Translations under genes and position numbers: made by a program
NCBI GenBank assembly: GCA_021851895.1
Contig: JAJZQJ010000001.1
Location: 71,338-135,337, forward strand
DNA: 64,000 nucleotides
Reading direction: 5' to 3'
Source: a bacterium
GTDB taxonomy: Bacteria > Patescibacteriota > Minisyncoccia > Phycocordibacterales > UBA6899
Shown here: piece after piece, positions 9,458 through 19,979 of the stretch
Position numbering within the stretch: position 1 is the stretch's first letter
How the letters are laid out: the number at the start of each line of letters is the position of its first letter
Notes under the pieces: generated by a model
The model's database searches: none
Seen by the model: only the letters and a program-made list of their open reading frames with translations
What the model was told of the DNA's origin: nothing

Positions 9458-9670
9458 ATCAAACGCACCCATCGGGTGCGTTTTTCTTTTCTTTGCATTT
9501 GCATTTCCACCCACAAACACCCATGAAACACTGAGCATTTTTGTCGGCGGTTGCCTCGCTGGAGCCTGACGACGTACAGTGGTACGGCGAAGGCGAAGCG
9601 TGAGGCGACCCCCGTCAAAAAGACCAGTGCCGTACATGGACAGCACGTAATCAATAAATTGCGCAAATTA

Positions 9671-9694
9671 AAAACCCTAAGAAGGGTTTTTAAT
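9671..9694. terminator. Bidirectional rho-independent terminator (rpoD 3' end / convergent plus-strand transcripts)
   Basis: aaAAACCCTaagaAGGGTTTTtaa, overlapping the rpoD stop. Confidence 0.6.
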
Positions 9695-11060
9695 AATTGC
9701 GCAATTTATTGATGTTCTCGTGCTGCCTGATCTTCTCATGCGCTTTCGCCTCGATCTGCCTGATACGCTCACGTGTCACTCCAAACTCCTTACCCACTTC
9801 CTCAAGCGTATGCTGTACACCATCTTCAAGTCCATGACGCATCTCGAGGATCTTTCGCTCCTTTGGAGAGAGCTCCGCGAGTACCTCTTGGATTTGCTCC
9901 GAGAGAATGAGGCGCGAAACCTCTTGATCTGGAGAAAGTATACGTTCATCAGGTATGAATTCGCCGAGTGTTGACTTATCCTCATCATCACCGATCGGCT
10001 TTTCGAGTGAAACCGTATCTTGATCGATGTTCTGAATATTACGCACGCGCTCGACTTCGATGCCCATCTCCATGGCGATTTCCTCAGCCATTGGCTCACG
10101 GCCGAGATCCTGAGTCAAACGGCGGTGCACCTGCTTGTATTTTGCGATCGTCTCAACCATGTGTACCGGAATACGAATGGTACGCGATTGATCAGCGAGC
10201 GCACGGGTGATCGCCTGGCGAATCCACCACGTCGCGTAGGTGCTGAACTTGAATCCCTTTGACCAGTCAAATTTATCAACGGCTCGGAAGAGTCCGAGAT
10301 TACCCTCCTGAATGAGATCGAGCAAAGTAAGGTCTGGGGAACGACCGACATATTTCTTTGCGATCGAAACGACAAGACGGAGGTTTGCACGTGCAAGAAG
10401 TCCCATTGCCTCCTCATCGCCCGCAGCGATACGCTGCGCGAGCTCACGCTCATCTTTTGCAGTAAGCAATGGATACTGACCGATTTCGCGGAGATACATC
10501 TGTGTAGAATCTCCACCTGCACCCTTGCCAAGCTTTCGATTGATAAGCTCCTCATCGGTATGCACATCAAGGAGACCACCTGACTCTATGACATCAACAC
10601 CAAGGTTCGAAAGTTTCTCGTAGATATCATCAAGGAAATCGATATTGTTCTCTATGTCAGGATATGTGCGCAAAATCTCATCATACGTTACAAAGCCACG
10701 CTCCCTGCCGCGATGCACCAGCGACTGCAACTTATCCTCGAGGCCCTTTCGTGCGCGCTCGCCCGTCTTTGGTGGATTCGGTGCAAGTTTTACCTTTTCA
10801 AGCTTCGACGGCTTTGTGCTCGTCTTTGCAGTAGCCTTCTTTGCAGTGGCTTTCGACTGCACAACCTTCTTTGAGGCAGCATTCTTTGAAACAACCTTCT
10901 TGACCGCTGGCTTCTTTGCCGGTGCCTTCTTTATGACAGGCTTCTTCACCGCGACCTTTTTTGTCACGGGCTTCTTTACCACCACTTTCTTTGTGGTGAC
11001 CTTTTTCGCTGAAACAGTCTTTTTGACCGCAGCCTTAGTAGTCTTCTTTGTCGTCGGCAT
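9690..11060 (-). CDS. rpoD: RNA polymerase sigma factor RpoD (sigma-70) with lysine-rich N-terminal extension
   Basis: Regions 1.2-4 are recognisable: [23 protein letters not shown]; [40 protein letters not shown]; [20 protein letters not shown]. The first ~95 aa are KK(P/V/A) repeats. Confidence 0.95.
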   Translation of the reverse strand: MPTTKKTTKAAVKKTVSAKKVTTKKVVVKKPVTKKVAVKKPVIKKAPAKKPAVKKVVSKNAASKKVVQSKATAKKATAKTSTKPSKLEKVKLAPNPPKTGERARKGLEDKLQSLVHRGRERGFVTYDEILRTYPDIENNIDFLDDIYEKLSNLGVDVIESGGLLDVHTDEELINRKLGKGAGGDSTQMYLREIGQYPLLTAKDERELAQRIAAGDEEAMGLLARANLRLVVSIAKKYVGRSPDLTLLDLIQEGNLGLFRAVDKFDWSKGFKFSTYATWWIRQAITRALADQSRTIRIPVHMVETIAKYKQVHRRLTQDLGREPMAEEIAMEMGIEVERVRNIQNIDQDTVSLEKPIGDDEDKSTLGEFIPDERILSPDQEVSRLILSEQIQEVLAELSPKERKILEMRHGLEDGVQHTLEEVGKEFGVTRERIRQIEAKAHEKIRQHENINKLRNY

Positions 11061-11139
11061 ATACTTTATAATGTGATATTAGTAAAAATGAGCGTTTCCG
11101 CAACCCTATACAGTGACACGGCCCGTGTCCTACTGTTCC

Positions 11140-12906
11140 CTACATGAGATGCGCACGTTGACGCATTCTATCTTCCACAGCGATTATTCTCGGTGCAAGA
11201 GCGCGATATTGTGCCATGTATTCTGAAGTATCCTCCTTTGCACTCTCCGCACGTGAAATCTCTCTGAAAAGTGATTCTTGTTTCTCTTTAAGCAATTCTC
11301 TTTCAACGCGATCAAGTAACTCTTCAGCAATTTCCTGCAATTTAGCGTCTTTACCATAACGACTTTCAGCGGTGATGAGCAAACGCGCTGCATCAGCCTC
11401 GCCCGGCTCGACGAAATCTATTTCGAGCTCTTTGTAGAGCTGCGCATGTCTTGCCCTTATTTCTTCATGAGCAAGCGTCGATTCTTTGTGAATCTCCTGC
11501 CACAAGAGCAAGCCGATAAGTTCATCACTCACGCGCACAAGCGTCGAGACCGCGTTCATAGATGGTGGACTCACTGGGGGTTCCACTTCGCGCTCCCGCT
11601 GCTCACTAAACGGTTCATTCTTACTGCGAAAGCGTTCGATATCCTTCCAAGCTGAATCTTCGGGTATCTCGAGCAAACGTGCGATCTCTGATATATATCG
11701 TGCACGCTTCATACTGCTCTGCATAATTGCTATGAGTGGGAAAATGTTTCGTTCCACGCGCTCCTGATTCTCATCGCGCGTCAATCGAAGCTTGCGAAGT
11801 GCATCAATGTAATAGAGTACGATATCCTTCGCATTCTCCAATACTGCGGGCCACTCTGCTTGATGCTCGAGTATGTAATCAGCCGGGTCCTTTCCTCCAG
11901 GCACCATAGCTGCACGCACGTCCATCTCTTCCCCGAGCGCAATAAGCGCACTACGGTATGACGCATTGATTCCTGCGGAGTCCGCATCGAGCAAGATGAT
12001 GACATGCTTGGTTAGCCTTTTAATGAGCTCAACCTGCTGCTTCGTCAGTGCTGTTCCTGATATTGCGATCGTATTCTCGCTTCCCGCTTGATGGGCCATG
12101 ATACAGTCCATCTGACCTTCAACGAGTATCGCAACATCAGCTTTTCGCATCGGCACTTTTGCGCGATCATACGCAAAGAGGACGCGAGATTTTTCATAGA
12201 GTTCACCCTCCGGAGAGTTGAGATACTTCGCCACGGGTGTACCATCGGGTGCCTTTTGGTCTCCCCAAACGCGGCCCGTGAATGCGATCACGCGACCCGA
12301 TGGATCCATGATCGGAAACATGATGCGACCGCGAAAAGTATCGTAATACCCGCGACCTTCGACTTTCTTGACCACACGAGAACGTTCTATTTCACTATCG
12401 GAGAATCCTTTTGATCGAAGCGCTTCATGGAGTGCACGCCACTCAAGTGGCGCAAAACCGATACGAAATTTTGCTATCGTCTCGTCAGTGAGACCTCGTC
12501 CATGAAGATACTCACGCACCTCGGGGTGCTCCACGAGATGCGCCTCGAAAAGTTTCGTCGACACTTCCATAAGTTCGATAAGGCGCTCTTTCGCTGATTT
12601 CTGCTGATCAAGTAGCGCTGAGCTTCGCTCAGGAAGCTGCACGCCCGCTCTTGCAGCGAGCAACTTCAGTGCCTCAGGAAAAGAAATGCCTTCGATCTCT
12701 TGTACGAATGTAAAGATATCACCACCCTTTGCGCAACCGAAACAATAAAATGCATCACGCGCAGGAGAAACATTAAATGATGGGCTGCGCTCCTTATGAA
12801 ACGGACAAAGCGCGCGGAAATTACTTCCTGCACGCTCCAACCTCACATATGTTCCAACTACATCGGCGATAGGTAGTCGTGCTTTTATCTGTGCGATATG
12901 GTCCAT
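11140..12906 (-). CDS. dnaG: DNA primase DnaG
   Basis: CHC2 zinc finger CPFHKERSPSFNVSPARDAFYCFGCAKGGDIFTFV and Toprim IILLDADSAG. Located upstream of rpoD, the classic MMS-operon order. Confidence 0.9.
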   Translation of the reverse strand: MDHIAQIKARLPIADVVGTYVRLERAGSNFRALCPFHKERSPSFNVSPARDAFYCFGCAKGGDIFTFVQEIEGISFPEALKLLAARAGVQLPERSSALLDQQKSAKERLIELMEVSTKLFEAHLVEHPEVREYLHGRGLTDETIAKFRIGFAPLEWRALHEALRSKGFSDSEIERSRVVKKVEGRGYYDTFRGRIMFPIMDPSGRVIAFTGRVWGDQKAPDGTPVAKYLNSPEGELYEKSRVLFAYDRAKVPMRKADVAILVEGQMDCIMAHQAGSENTIAISGTALTKQQVELIKRLTKHVIILLDADSAGINASYRSALIALGEEMDVRAAMVPGGKDPADYILEHQAEWPAVLENAKDIVLYYIDALRKLRLTRDENQERVERNIFPLIAIMQSSMKRARYISEIARLLEIPEDSAWKDIERFRSKNEPFSEQREREVEPPVSPPSMNAVSTLVRVSDELIGLLLWQEIHKESTLAHEEIRARHAQLYKELEIDFVEPGEADAARLLITAESRYGKDAKLQEIAEELLDRVERELLKEKQESLFREISRAESAKEDTSEYMAQYRALAPRIIAVEDRMRQRAHLM

Positions 12907-13107
12907 AATAGTAAGAAGGAGGAAGTGAGCAGTAAGAAGGAAAGAATTAGGAAGAAGTGAGAAGGATGAAGATAATCAAATGGGTATTTGTGCATCGCAT
13001 CAACCTTCTTACTTCTTACTTCTTACTTCTTACTATTTCCCTACTCGCGCATACGCACAAGAATGATCTTATGCGTATAACGAAGAGAGAAACCAAAATC
13101 TATAGAT

Positions 13108-16100
13108 CTAGAGTGCCTCTTCAGCCTTAACCTCTTCTTGCTCTGCCGGCTCGATCTCATTTGACCAGAATCCGGTACCTGCAGGAATAAGACGGCCGAG
13201 GATGACATTCTCCTTGAGCCCACGAAGATGATCCGTTGCACCCTCGACTGCGGCCTGTATGAGGACGCGTGAGGTACTCTGGAACGATGCCGCAGAGAGG
13301 AATGACTCCTTGGTAAGTGCGATATCAGTGATACCGAGCACGATACGCTCTGCAACTGCTGGCTCTCCACCCTTTGCGATGACCGCGTTGTTCTCATCCA
13401 CGAGCTCTGCCTCTTCGACAGTGTCGCTTGGAGAGAATCGCGTATCGCCAGGATTGCGCACGCGCATGCGAGAGAACATCTGGCGCACCATGATCTCGAG
13501 GTGCTTACGTGAAGTAGACACACCCTGGGTCTCATAGATACGATTGATCTCTGAGATGATGTAGCGCTCTGCTGCCATCTTGCCACCGTACTTGAACAGT
13601 GTCTCGATGTCCGCGTAACCGTCGGTCATGATCTGACCTGCGACAACAGTATCGCCAACCTTCACCTTTGGCTGACGGCGATAAGAGACGGAGTGCTCAG
13701 CTTCATTCTTACCCTTCTTGCCACCCTCACCAACGACAACGATCACGAGGTCTTCCTTGTCACCACGACGGATCTCAGCAACGACACCATCGAATTTCGC
13801 GACGGCAGCCTCTGCTTTTGGCGTCTGACGCTCAAAGACGTCCTCGACACGTGGGAGACCCATGGTGATGTCTTCTCCGACTGCTCCTCCGGCATGGAAG
13901 GTACGCATCGTAAGCTGCGTTCCTGGCTCACCGATAGCCTGAGCGGCAACGATACCCACCGTCTCTCCGAGGGCGACAAGTCGTCCGCGACCGAGGTCCA
14001 TACCGTAACACTGCTGACATACTCCACGAAGCACCTTACAAGTGAGTGGAGAGCGAACATTCGCGGAGAGTACACCCGCCTTATCTGCGGCGATAGCCTC
14101 ATCGCGCCCAAGGAGCGTACCCTTCTTGAACACGACGGTTCCATCTGGGGTAACGATATCCTTGGCGGCAACACGGCCGCGCAAAAGGCGAGAAAGTGGA
14201 ATCTCGATACCGCCTGCGTTCTCCTTCGAGAGTGCAATGCCAGAGCGATCGCCACAATCAGCCTCAGAGACGATGAAATCCTGTGCGACATCGACGAGAC
14301 GTCGAGTAAGGTAACCTGCTTTCGCGGTATTAAGCGCGGTATCGGTCATACCCTTACGTGAACCGTGCGTAGAGAGGAAGTACTCGAGTGGAGTAAGCCC
14401 CTCCTTCAGCGATGGGATCATTGGGAAGTCGATGATGCGTCCTGAAGGACCCTGGGTGAGTCCCTTCATACCAACCATCTTCGTCACCTGTCCAATCGAA
14501 CCACGAGCACCAGAAGTGATCATGTCGACGACTGGACCGTCCTTTGGAAGTCCTGCAGGGACGACGCGCTGGATAGCATTTTCGACTTCACGCCAAATCG
14601 CAATCACACCATCATACTTCTCCTCAGTTGAGAGAAGACCCTCGTTGTACTGTTCGAAAATGACTTGCTCATTACGATATGCCTCAGCAAGGATGGCATC
14701 CTTCTCTGGTGGGACATTGACGTCAGAGAGTGACCAGGTAATACCTGACTTCGTGACGTACTTATATCCGAACGCCTTCACCTTATCGAGCACATCTGGT
14801 GTCGCGTCGACACCATACTTCGTGAGAAGATCGTCGACGAGATTCGAGAGATCCTTCTTGGTGATCTCCTTGTTGATATAAGGAAAATCCTTTGGAAGCA
14901 CTGAGTTGAAGAGCAGGCGGCCTGCGGTCGTCTCGAATGGCTTACCACCGAACATTGCATACTTAGGACTCGATGATGGCATCACCACGATCTTCGCACG
15001 GAATCCAACGATGTTGAAGTCGTATGCAGTGATCGCTGAATTTGGTGATGGGAAGATCTTCCCTTCACCCTTATCGCCATTGATGATCTTTGTCATCCAA
15101 TAGCAACCGAGGACGATGTCCTGTGATGGATTCACCACTGGATCACCTGAACCTGGCTTCAAGAGATTCTTGTTCGACGCCATGAGCTCACGTGCCTCCG
15201 CCTGAGCCTCATCGGAAAGCGGAACGTGCACGGCCATTTGGTCTCCGTCGAAGTCAGCGTTGAAGGCTGGCGTCACGAGCGGATGCACCTGAATAGCATT
15301 TCCCTCAATAAGTATTGGCTGGAATGCCTGAATACCAAGACGATGGAGCGTTGGTGCACGATTCAAGAGAACATACTTTCCCTTGATCACCTCTTCGAGA
15401 TTTGCCCACACCTCCGGAATACCATCATCGATGAGACGATTTGCACCACGGATGTTGAATGCGAGCCCCTGCTCGATAAGCTTCGCGATCACGAACGGAC
15501 GGAAGAGCTCGAGCGCCATGTGCTTTGGAAGTCCACACTGGTGGAGCTTGAGATCTGGACCAACGACGATGACTGAACGGCCAGAGTAGTCGACACGCTT
15601 TCCAAGGAGATTCTGACGGAAGAGACCGCCCTTACCCTTCAACATGTCTGCAAGACTCTTGAGCTCACGCTTGCGCGCTGGGCTTGCTGCCTGGCTCGCA
15701 GTCGAGTGACGGATCGAGTTGTCGATAAGTGCATCGACAGCCTCCTGGAGAATACGCTTCTCGTTGCGGAGAATGACTTCTGGAGCATCGATCTCAAGAA
15801 GCTTCTTGAGACGATTATTACGATTGATGACGCGACGATAAAGATCGTTCACATCACTCGTCGCATGACGGCCTCCCTCAAGTGCGACCATTGGTCGTAC
15901 TCCTGGAGGAATCACCGGAAGCACCGTAAGGAACATCCACTCTGGGCGTACCCCTGAGCGAAGCATTGCCTTGATAAGCGAAAGACGCTTATAGAGCTTC
16001 GGACGGTCAGTTGCATTTGCCTTCTCGAGACGCTCTTCTACCGCCTTCTTGTAATCAGCGATATTCATCTTCTTGAAGAGCTCGTAGATCGCTTCTGCAC

Positions 16101-16737
16101 CGATCGCTGCTTCAAATGCTGATGAATATTTGAGGGAATACTTATGATAAGTCAATTCGTCCATGACGAGACCTATTGCAAGTGATTCGATCTCTTTCTT
16201 TGCTGCAGTGAGTGCCTCCTTGATACGATCCTTCGCGCGCTGGTCTGTAAGACTCTTCACGCGTGACTTATATTCACGATCAAGCTCGTCGAGCAAGCCC
16301 TTCTTTTGCTCCTCTGATACCGAAGTGATCATGTAGGCAGCGAAGTAAATAACACGCTCGATATCTGCCATCGGAGTGTTCAGCAAGAGACCGATACGGC
16401 TTGGCACACCGCGCAGAAACCAAATATGGGAAACTGGTGCTGCGAGCTCGATATGACCCATACGCTCACGGCGCACGACAGAACGAGTGATCTCAACTCC
16501 ACACTTCTCACAGACGATACCACGGTAGCGAATACCCTTATACTTCCCGCAGTAACACTCGAAATCCTTCTCAGGACCGAAGATGCGCTCGTCGAAGAGA
16601 CCTCCGCGCTCTGAGCGCTGGGTACGGTAATTGATGGTCTCTGGCTTGGTTACCTCACCATAGGACCACGCACGCATCACTTCTGGTGAAGCGAGCGCCA
16701 TGGTCATCGCATTGAAATCGTTTTGTGGTTCTTTCAT
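13108..16737 (-). CDS. rpoC: DNA-directed RNA polymerase subunit beta'
   Basis: Zinc-binding CYCGKYKGIRYRGIVCEKCGVE, NADFDGDQM catalytic motif; 1209 aa. Confidence 0.97.
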   Translation of the reverse strand: MKEPQNDFNAMTMALASPEVMRAWSYGEVTKPETINYRTQRSERGGLFDERIFGPEKDFECYCGKYKGIRYRGIVCEKCGVEITRSVVRRERMGHIELAAPVSHIWFLRGVPSRIGLLLNTPMADIERVIYFAAYMITSVSEEQKKGLLDELDREYKSRVKSLTDQRAKDRIKEALTAAKKEIESLAIGLVMDELTYHKYSLKYSSAFEAAIGAEAIYELFKKMNIADYKKAVEERLEKANATDRPKLYKRLSLIKAMLRSGVRPEWMFLTVLPVIPPGVRPMVALEGGRHATSDVNDLYRRVINRNNRLKKLLEIDAPEVILRNEKRILQEAVDALIDNSIRHSTASQAASPARKRELKSLADMLKGKGGLFRQNLLGKRVDYSGRSVIVVGPDLKLHQCGLPKHMALELFRPFVIAKLIEQGLAFNIRGANRLIDDGIPEVWANLEEVIKGKYVLLNRAPTLHRLGIQAFQPILIEGNAIQVHPLVTPAFNADFDGDQMAVHVPLSDEAQAEARELMASNKNLLKPGSGDPVVNPSQDIVLGCYWMTKIINGDKGEGKIFPSPNSAITAYDFNIVGFRAKIVVMPSSSPKYAMFGGKPFETTAGRLLFNSVLPKDFPYINKEITKKDLSNLVDDLLTKYGVDATPDVLDKVKAFGYKYVTKSGITWSLSDVNVPPEKDAILAEAYRNEQVIFEQYNEGLLSTEEKYDGVIAIWREVENAIQRVVPAGLPKDGPVVDMITSGARGSIGQVTKMVGMKGLTQGPSGRIIDFPMIPSLKEGLTPLEYFLSTHGSRKGMTDTALNTAKAGYLTRRLVDVAQDFIVSEADCGDRSGIALSKENAGGIEIPLSRLLRGRVAAKDIVTPDGTVVFKKGTLLGRDEAIAADKAGVLSANVRSPLTCKVLRGVCQQCYGMDLGRGRLVALGETVGIVAAQAIGEPGTQLTMRTFHAGGAVGEDITMGLPRVEDVFERQTPKAEAAVAKFDGVVAEIRRGDKEDLVIVVVGEGGKKGKNEAEHSVSYRRQPKVKVGDTVVAGQIMTDGYADIETLFKYGGKMAAERYIISEINRIYETQGVSTSRKHLEIMVRQMFSRMRVRNPGDTRFSPSDTVEEAELVDENNAVIAKGGEPAVAERIVLGITDIALTKESFLSAASFQSTSRVLIQAAVEGATDHLRGLKENVILGRLIPAGTGFWSNEIEPAEQEEVKAEEAL

Positions 16738-16757
16738 ATATATGCTGATGAGGGTAA

Positions 16758-19700
16758 TTAATTATTCTGCGTATCTGAAGCCGCTAACGATGGAGCGCGA
16801 TAGATCGTCTCTTCATCTCCAACGCGCTGCTTGAGCTGCACATCGAGCGCGAGACCACGCAATGTCGCAAGGAGGACATGGAAGGTTGCGGGCAAGCCCG
16901 GCTCCTTGATCTCCTTACCGCGGACGATCGAATCAAATACTGCTGAACGTCCGAGAATATCGTCAGACTTATAGGTGAGCATTTCTCGGAGGATATGCGC
17001 TGCGCCGTATCCCTGGAGTGCCCACACTTCCATCTCTCCAAAACGCTGACCACCTCCCTGCGCACGTCCACCAAGTGGCTGCTGCGTGATGAGTGAGTAT
17101 GGTCCAATTGAGCGCATGTGGATCTTGTCTTCAACCATGTGGTGAAGCTTCAAAATATACATGTAACCGACAGAGACTGGTTGTTCGAAATACTCACCAG
17201 TGCGACCGTCGCGAAGCATCTGCTTACCATCCTCGCGGAAGCCTGCTTTCTTGAGCTCTTCGCGAATCTCCTCTTCTTGAACACCGAGGAATGATGGCGT
17301 AATTGCCTGGTATCCGAGCTTCTTTGCTGCCATACCAAGATGGAGCTCAAAGATCTGTCCGAGGTTCATACGTGATGGGACACCAAGTGGAGTGAGGATC
17401 ACATCTACAGGACGACCATCATCCATGTATGGCATTTCTTCCTGTGGAAGGATCTTGGAGATGACACCCTTGTTTCCGTGACGACCGGCAAGCTTGTCAC
17501 CGACCGAGATGTTGCGCAACTGTGCAACCTCGATATAGATGCGCTTGATGACGCCACTCTCGAGTGCATCACCCTTTTCGCGAGAAAAGACCTTCACGCC
17601 AATGACGCGACCGCGCTTGCCGTGTTCCATGCGAAGAGACGTATCCTTCACATCGCGCGCCTTCTCACCGAAGATCGAACGAAGCAAGCGCTCCTCTGGA
17701 GTAAGCAATGCCTCACCCTTTGGTGTGATCTTACCAACGAGTATGTCGCCAGAGCGCACTTCGGCACCGATGCGAACGATACCCTCGTGATCCAAGTCTT
17801 TCAACTTTGCCTCACCGACGTTTGGAATATCTGGCGTCGTTGACTCTGGTCCAAGTTTCGTGTCGCGTACGTTCACGATGAACTTCTCGATATGTATAGA
17901 GGTAAGGTACTGCTCACGTACGAGTCGCTCATTCAAAATGATAGCGTCTTCGTAGTTGCTTCCACCCCAACTCATGAATGCGACCATAAGGTTCTGTCCA
18001 AGTGCCATCTCTCCCTTATCTGAAGTTGAAGTATCTGCAAGCACGTCACCCTTCTTTACCTTGTCACCAACAGAAACGATCGGTCGCTGATGGAAACAAC
18101 CAGCATCGTTGGTCATAAGGAAATTCATGAGTGGGAAATCCACCTCATTACCCTTACTGTCCTTCAATACGATATGACGAGCGTCAACAGCCTTGATCGT
18201 ACCATCGCGATCCGCGAGAACAACACGACCGGAGTCGCGTGCGATACGTCCCTCAATACCCGTAGCAACGATAGGTGCTTCCGGAGCAATGAGTGGAGTT
18301 GCCTGCTTCTGCATGTTCGAACCCATGAGTGCACGGTTCGCATCATTGTGCTCGAGGAATGGAATTGATGATGTTGCCACTGAGAATGCCTGGTTCGTAG
18401 AAACATCGATGAAATCAACCTGCTTCGAATCAACGATTGACGGGATACCCGCGACACGTGCCTCGATTCGACTTGCAGTGATCTTGCCTGACGCGTCATA
18501 TGGAACTGCGGCATGAGCGATCGTCACGCGCTCTTCCTCGAGTGCGTTCATATAGACGATCTCATTGGTGATCTTACCCTTTACGACACGTGCATATGGA
18601 GTTTCGATGACACCGAACTCATTCGTACGAGCGTACGTTGAGAAGCGGAGCACGAGACCGATGTTCTGACCTTCTGGGGTATGCACTGGACAGAGACGTC
18701 CGTAGTGTGATGAGTGCACGTCACGTACTTCAAGTCCGGCACGCTCCTTGGTGAGACCACCAGGACCCATGGCTGAACAGGTACGGAGCTGCTCCACCTC
18801 GTCGAGGATGTTTGCCTGACCCAAGAGCTGTGAAAGCTGGTTGGTCGTGAAGAACTCCTTGAGACGAGCCTGGAGTGGGCGTGGAGAAACGAAATTGACA
18901 GGAAGCGTCGTATCGCTCTCGGCGGTCGACATGCGATCCTGAATATTGCGCTTCATCTGTGTCATACCAACGCGAAGCTTCTGAAGAAGCATCTCTCCGA
19001 CATATCGGACACGGCGACTACCGAGGTGATCGATATCGTCTTCTCGTGCATTTGGAGTGTGATTCAACTCAGCAACATGGGAGATCGTAAGAACGAGATC
19101 CTCGATCGTAAGGAGGCGCTGCGCGGTTGCCTTATCATCCATAGGAAGATTGAAGCGCTTATTGAAGCGGAAGCGACCGACCGTCGAGAGGTCATAACGC
19201 TCACGCTGAAAGAGCGCACTGATGAGCTCAGCAGCGTTGGTTGTGGTCGTGACATCACCATCACGGATCTTGCGATAGATCTCGACGTATGAATCCTCGA
19301 CGTTCTTTGCAGGATCCTTGGCGAGCGTCTTCTCGATAGCACGCTTCGCATCAGGATTTCCCTTAAAGAGATCGATGAGCTGTTCGTCATTCTTCGTATT
19401 CGCAAAGATGCGCAACAAAGCCGTCACTGGGAACTTACGCTTGCGGTCGATCTTCGCCCAAACGACTTCATCTGCGTCGGTTTCGAGCTCTATCCATGCA
19501 CCACGTGATGGAATGATCTTCGCACCGAAGAAACGGCCTGTCTTGAGCTCCTGCGCAGTAAAGAAGATACCGTATGAACGTGCGAGCTGAGGAACGACTA
19601 CACGCTCCACGCCGTTAACGATAAAGGTACCGCGGACGGTCATCACGGGGAAATCCGCCATGAAGATCTCCTGCGTCTTCTCGATGCCGAGCTGCTTGTT

Positions 19701-19979
19701 CGAGAGCTTCACCTCTGCACGAAGTGGGGTCTCGAGAGAGATCTTGTTCTCACGTGCGTAGTGCTCGTCAAAGCGAGGGGGCAAGAGTTCGAATCCCGTG
19801 AATTCGAGATCGAACTTCTTCTTCGAATAATCCTGTATCGGACTGAACTCCGCGAAGACCTCCTTGAGACCTTCAGTGATCAGCCACTGATACGATTCTT
19901 TTTGTGCCGCAACCAGATCTGGTGCTTCGACCAGCGGCGCGCGATACAAACCGAAATGCTTCTTATTCAACTTCTCCAT
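16758..19979 (-). CDS. rpoB: DNA-directed RNA polymerase subunit beta
   Basis: 1073 aa with conserved RpoB blocks (GRHGNKGVISKI, RFGEMEVWAL). 20-nt spacer to rpoC. Confidence 0.97.
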   Translation of the reverse strand: MEKLNKKHFGLYRAPLVEAPDLVAAQKESYQWLITEGLKEVFAEFSPIQDYSKKKFDLEFTGFELLPPRFDEHYARENKISLETPLRAEVKLSNKQLGIEKTQEIFMADFPVMTVRGTFIVNGVERVVVPQLARSYGIFFTAQELKTGRFFGAKIIPSRGAWIELETDADEVVWAKIDRKRKFPVTALLRIFANTKNDEQLIDLFKGNPDAKRAIEKTLAKDPAKNVEDSYVEIYRKIRDGDVTTTTNAAELISALFQRERYDLSTVGRFRFNKRFNLPMDDKATAQRLLTIEDLVLTISHVAELNHTPNAREDDIDHLGSRRVRYVGEMLLQKLRVGMTQMKRNIQDRMSTAESDTTLPVNFVSPRPLQARLKEFFTTNQLSQLLGQANILDEVEQLRTCSAMGPGGLTKERAGLEVRDVHSSHYGRLCPVHTPEGQNIGLVLRFSTYARTNEFGVIETPYARVVKGKITNEIVYMNALEEERVTIAHAAVPYDASGKITASRIEARVAGIPSIVDSKQVDFIDVSTNQAFSVATSSIPFLEHNDANRALMGSNMQKQATPLIAPEAPIVATGIEGRIARDSGRVVLADRDGTIKAVDARHIVLKDSKGNEVDFPLMNFLMTNDAGCFHQRPIVSVGDKVKKGDVLADTSTSDKGEMALGQNLMVAFMSWGGSNYEDAIILNERLVREQYLTSIHIEKFIVNVRDTKLGPESTTPDIPNVGEAKLKDLDHEGIVRIGAEVRSGDILVGKITPKGEALLTPEERLLRSIFGEKARDVKDTSLRMEHGKRGRVIGVKVFSREKGDALESGVIKRIYIEVAQLRNISVGDKLAGRHGNKGVISKILPQEEMPYMDDGRPVDVILTPLGVPSRMNLGQIFELHLGMAAKKLGYQAITPSFLGVQEEEIREELKKAGFREDGKQMLRDGRTGEYFEQPVSVGYMYILKLHHMVEDKIHMRSIGPYSLITQQPLGGRAQGGGQRFGEMEVWALQGYGAAHILREMLTYKSDDILGRSAVFDSIVRGKEIKEPGLPATFHVLLATLRGLALDVQLKQRVGDEETIYRAPSLAASDTQNN

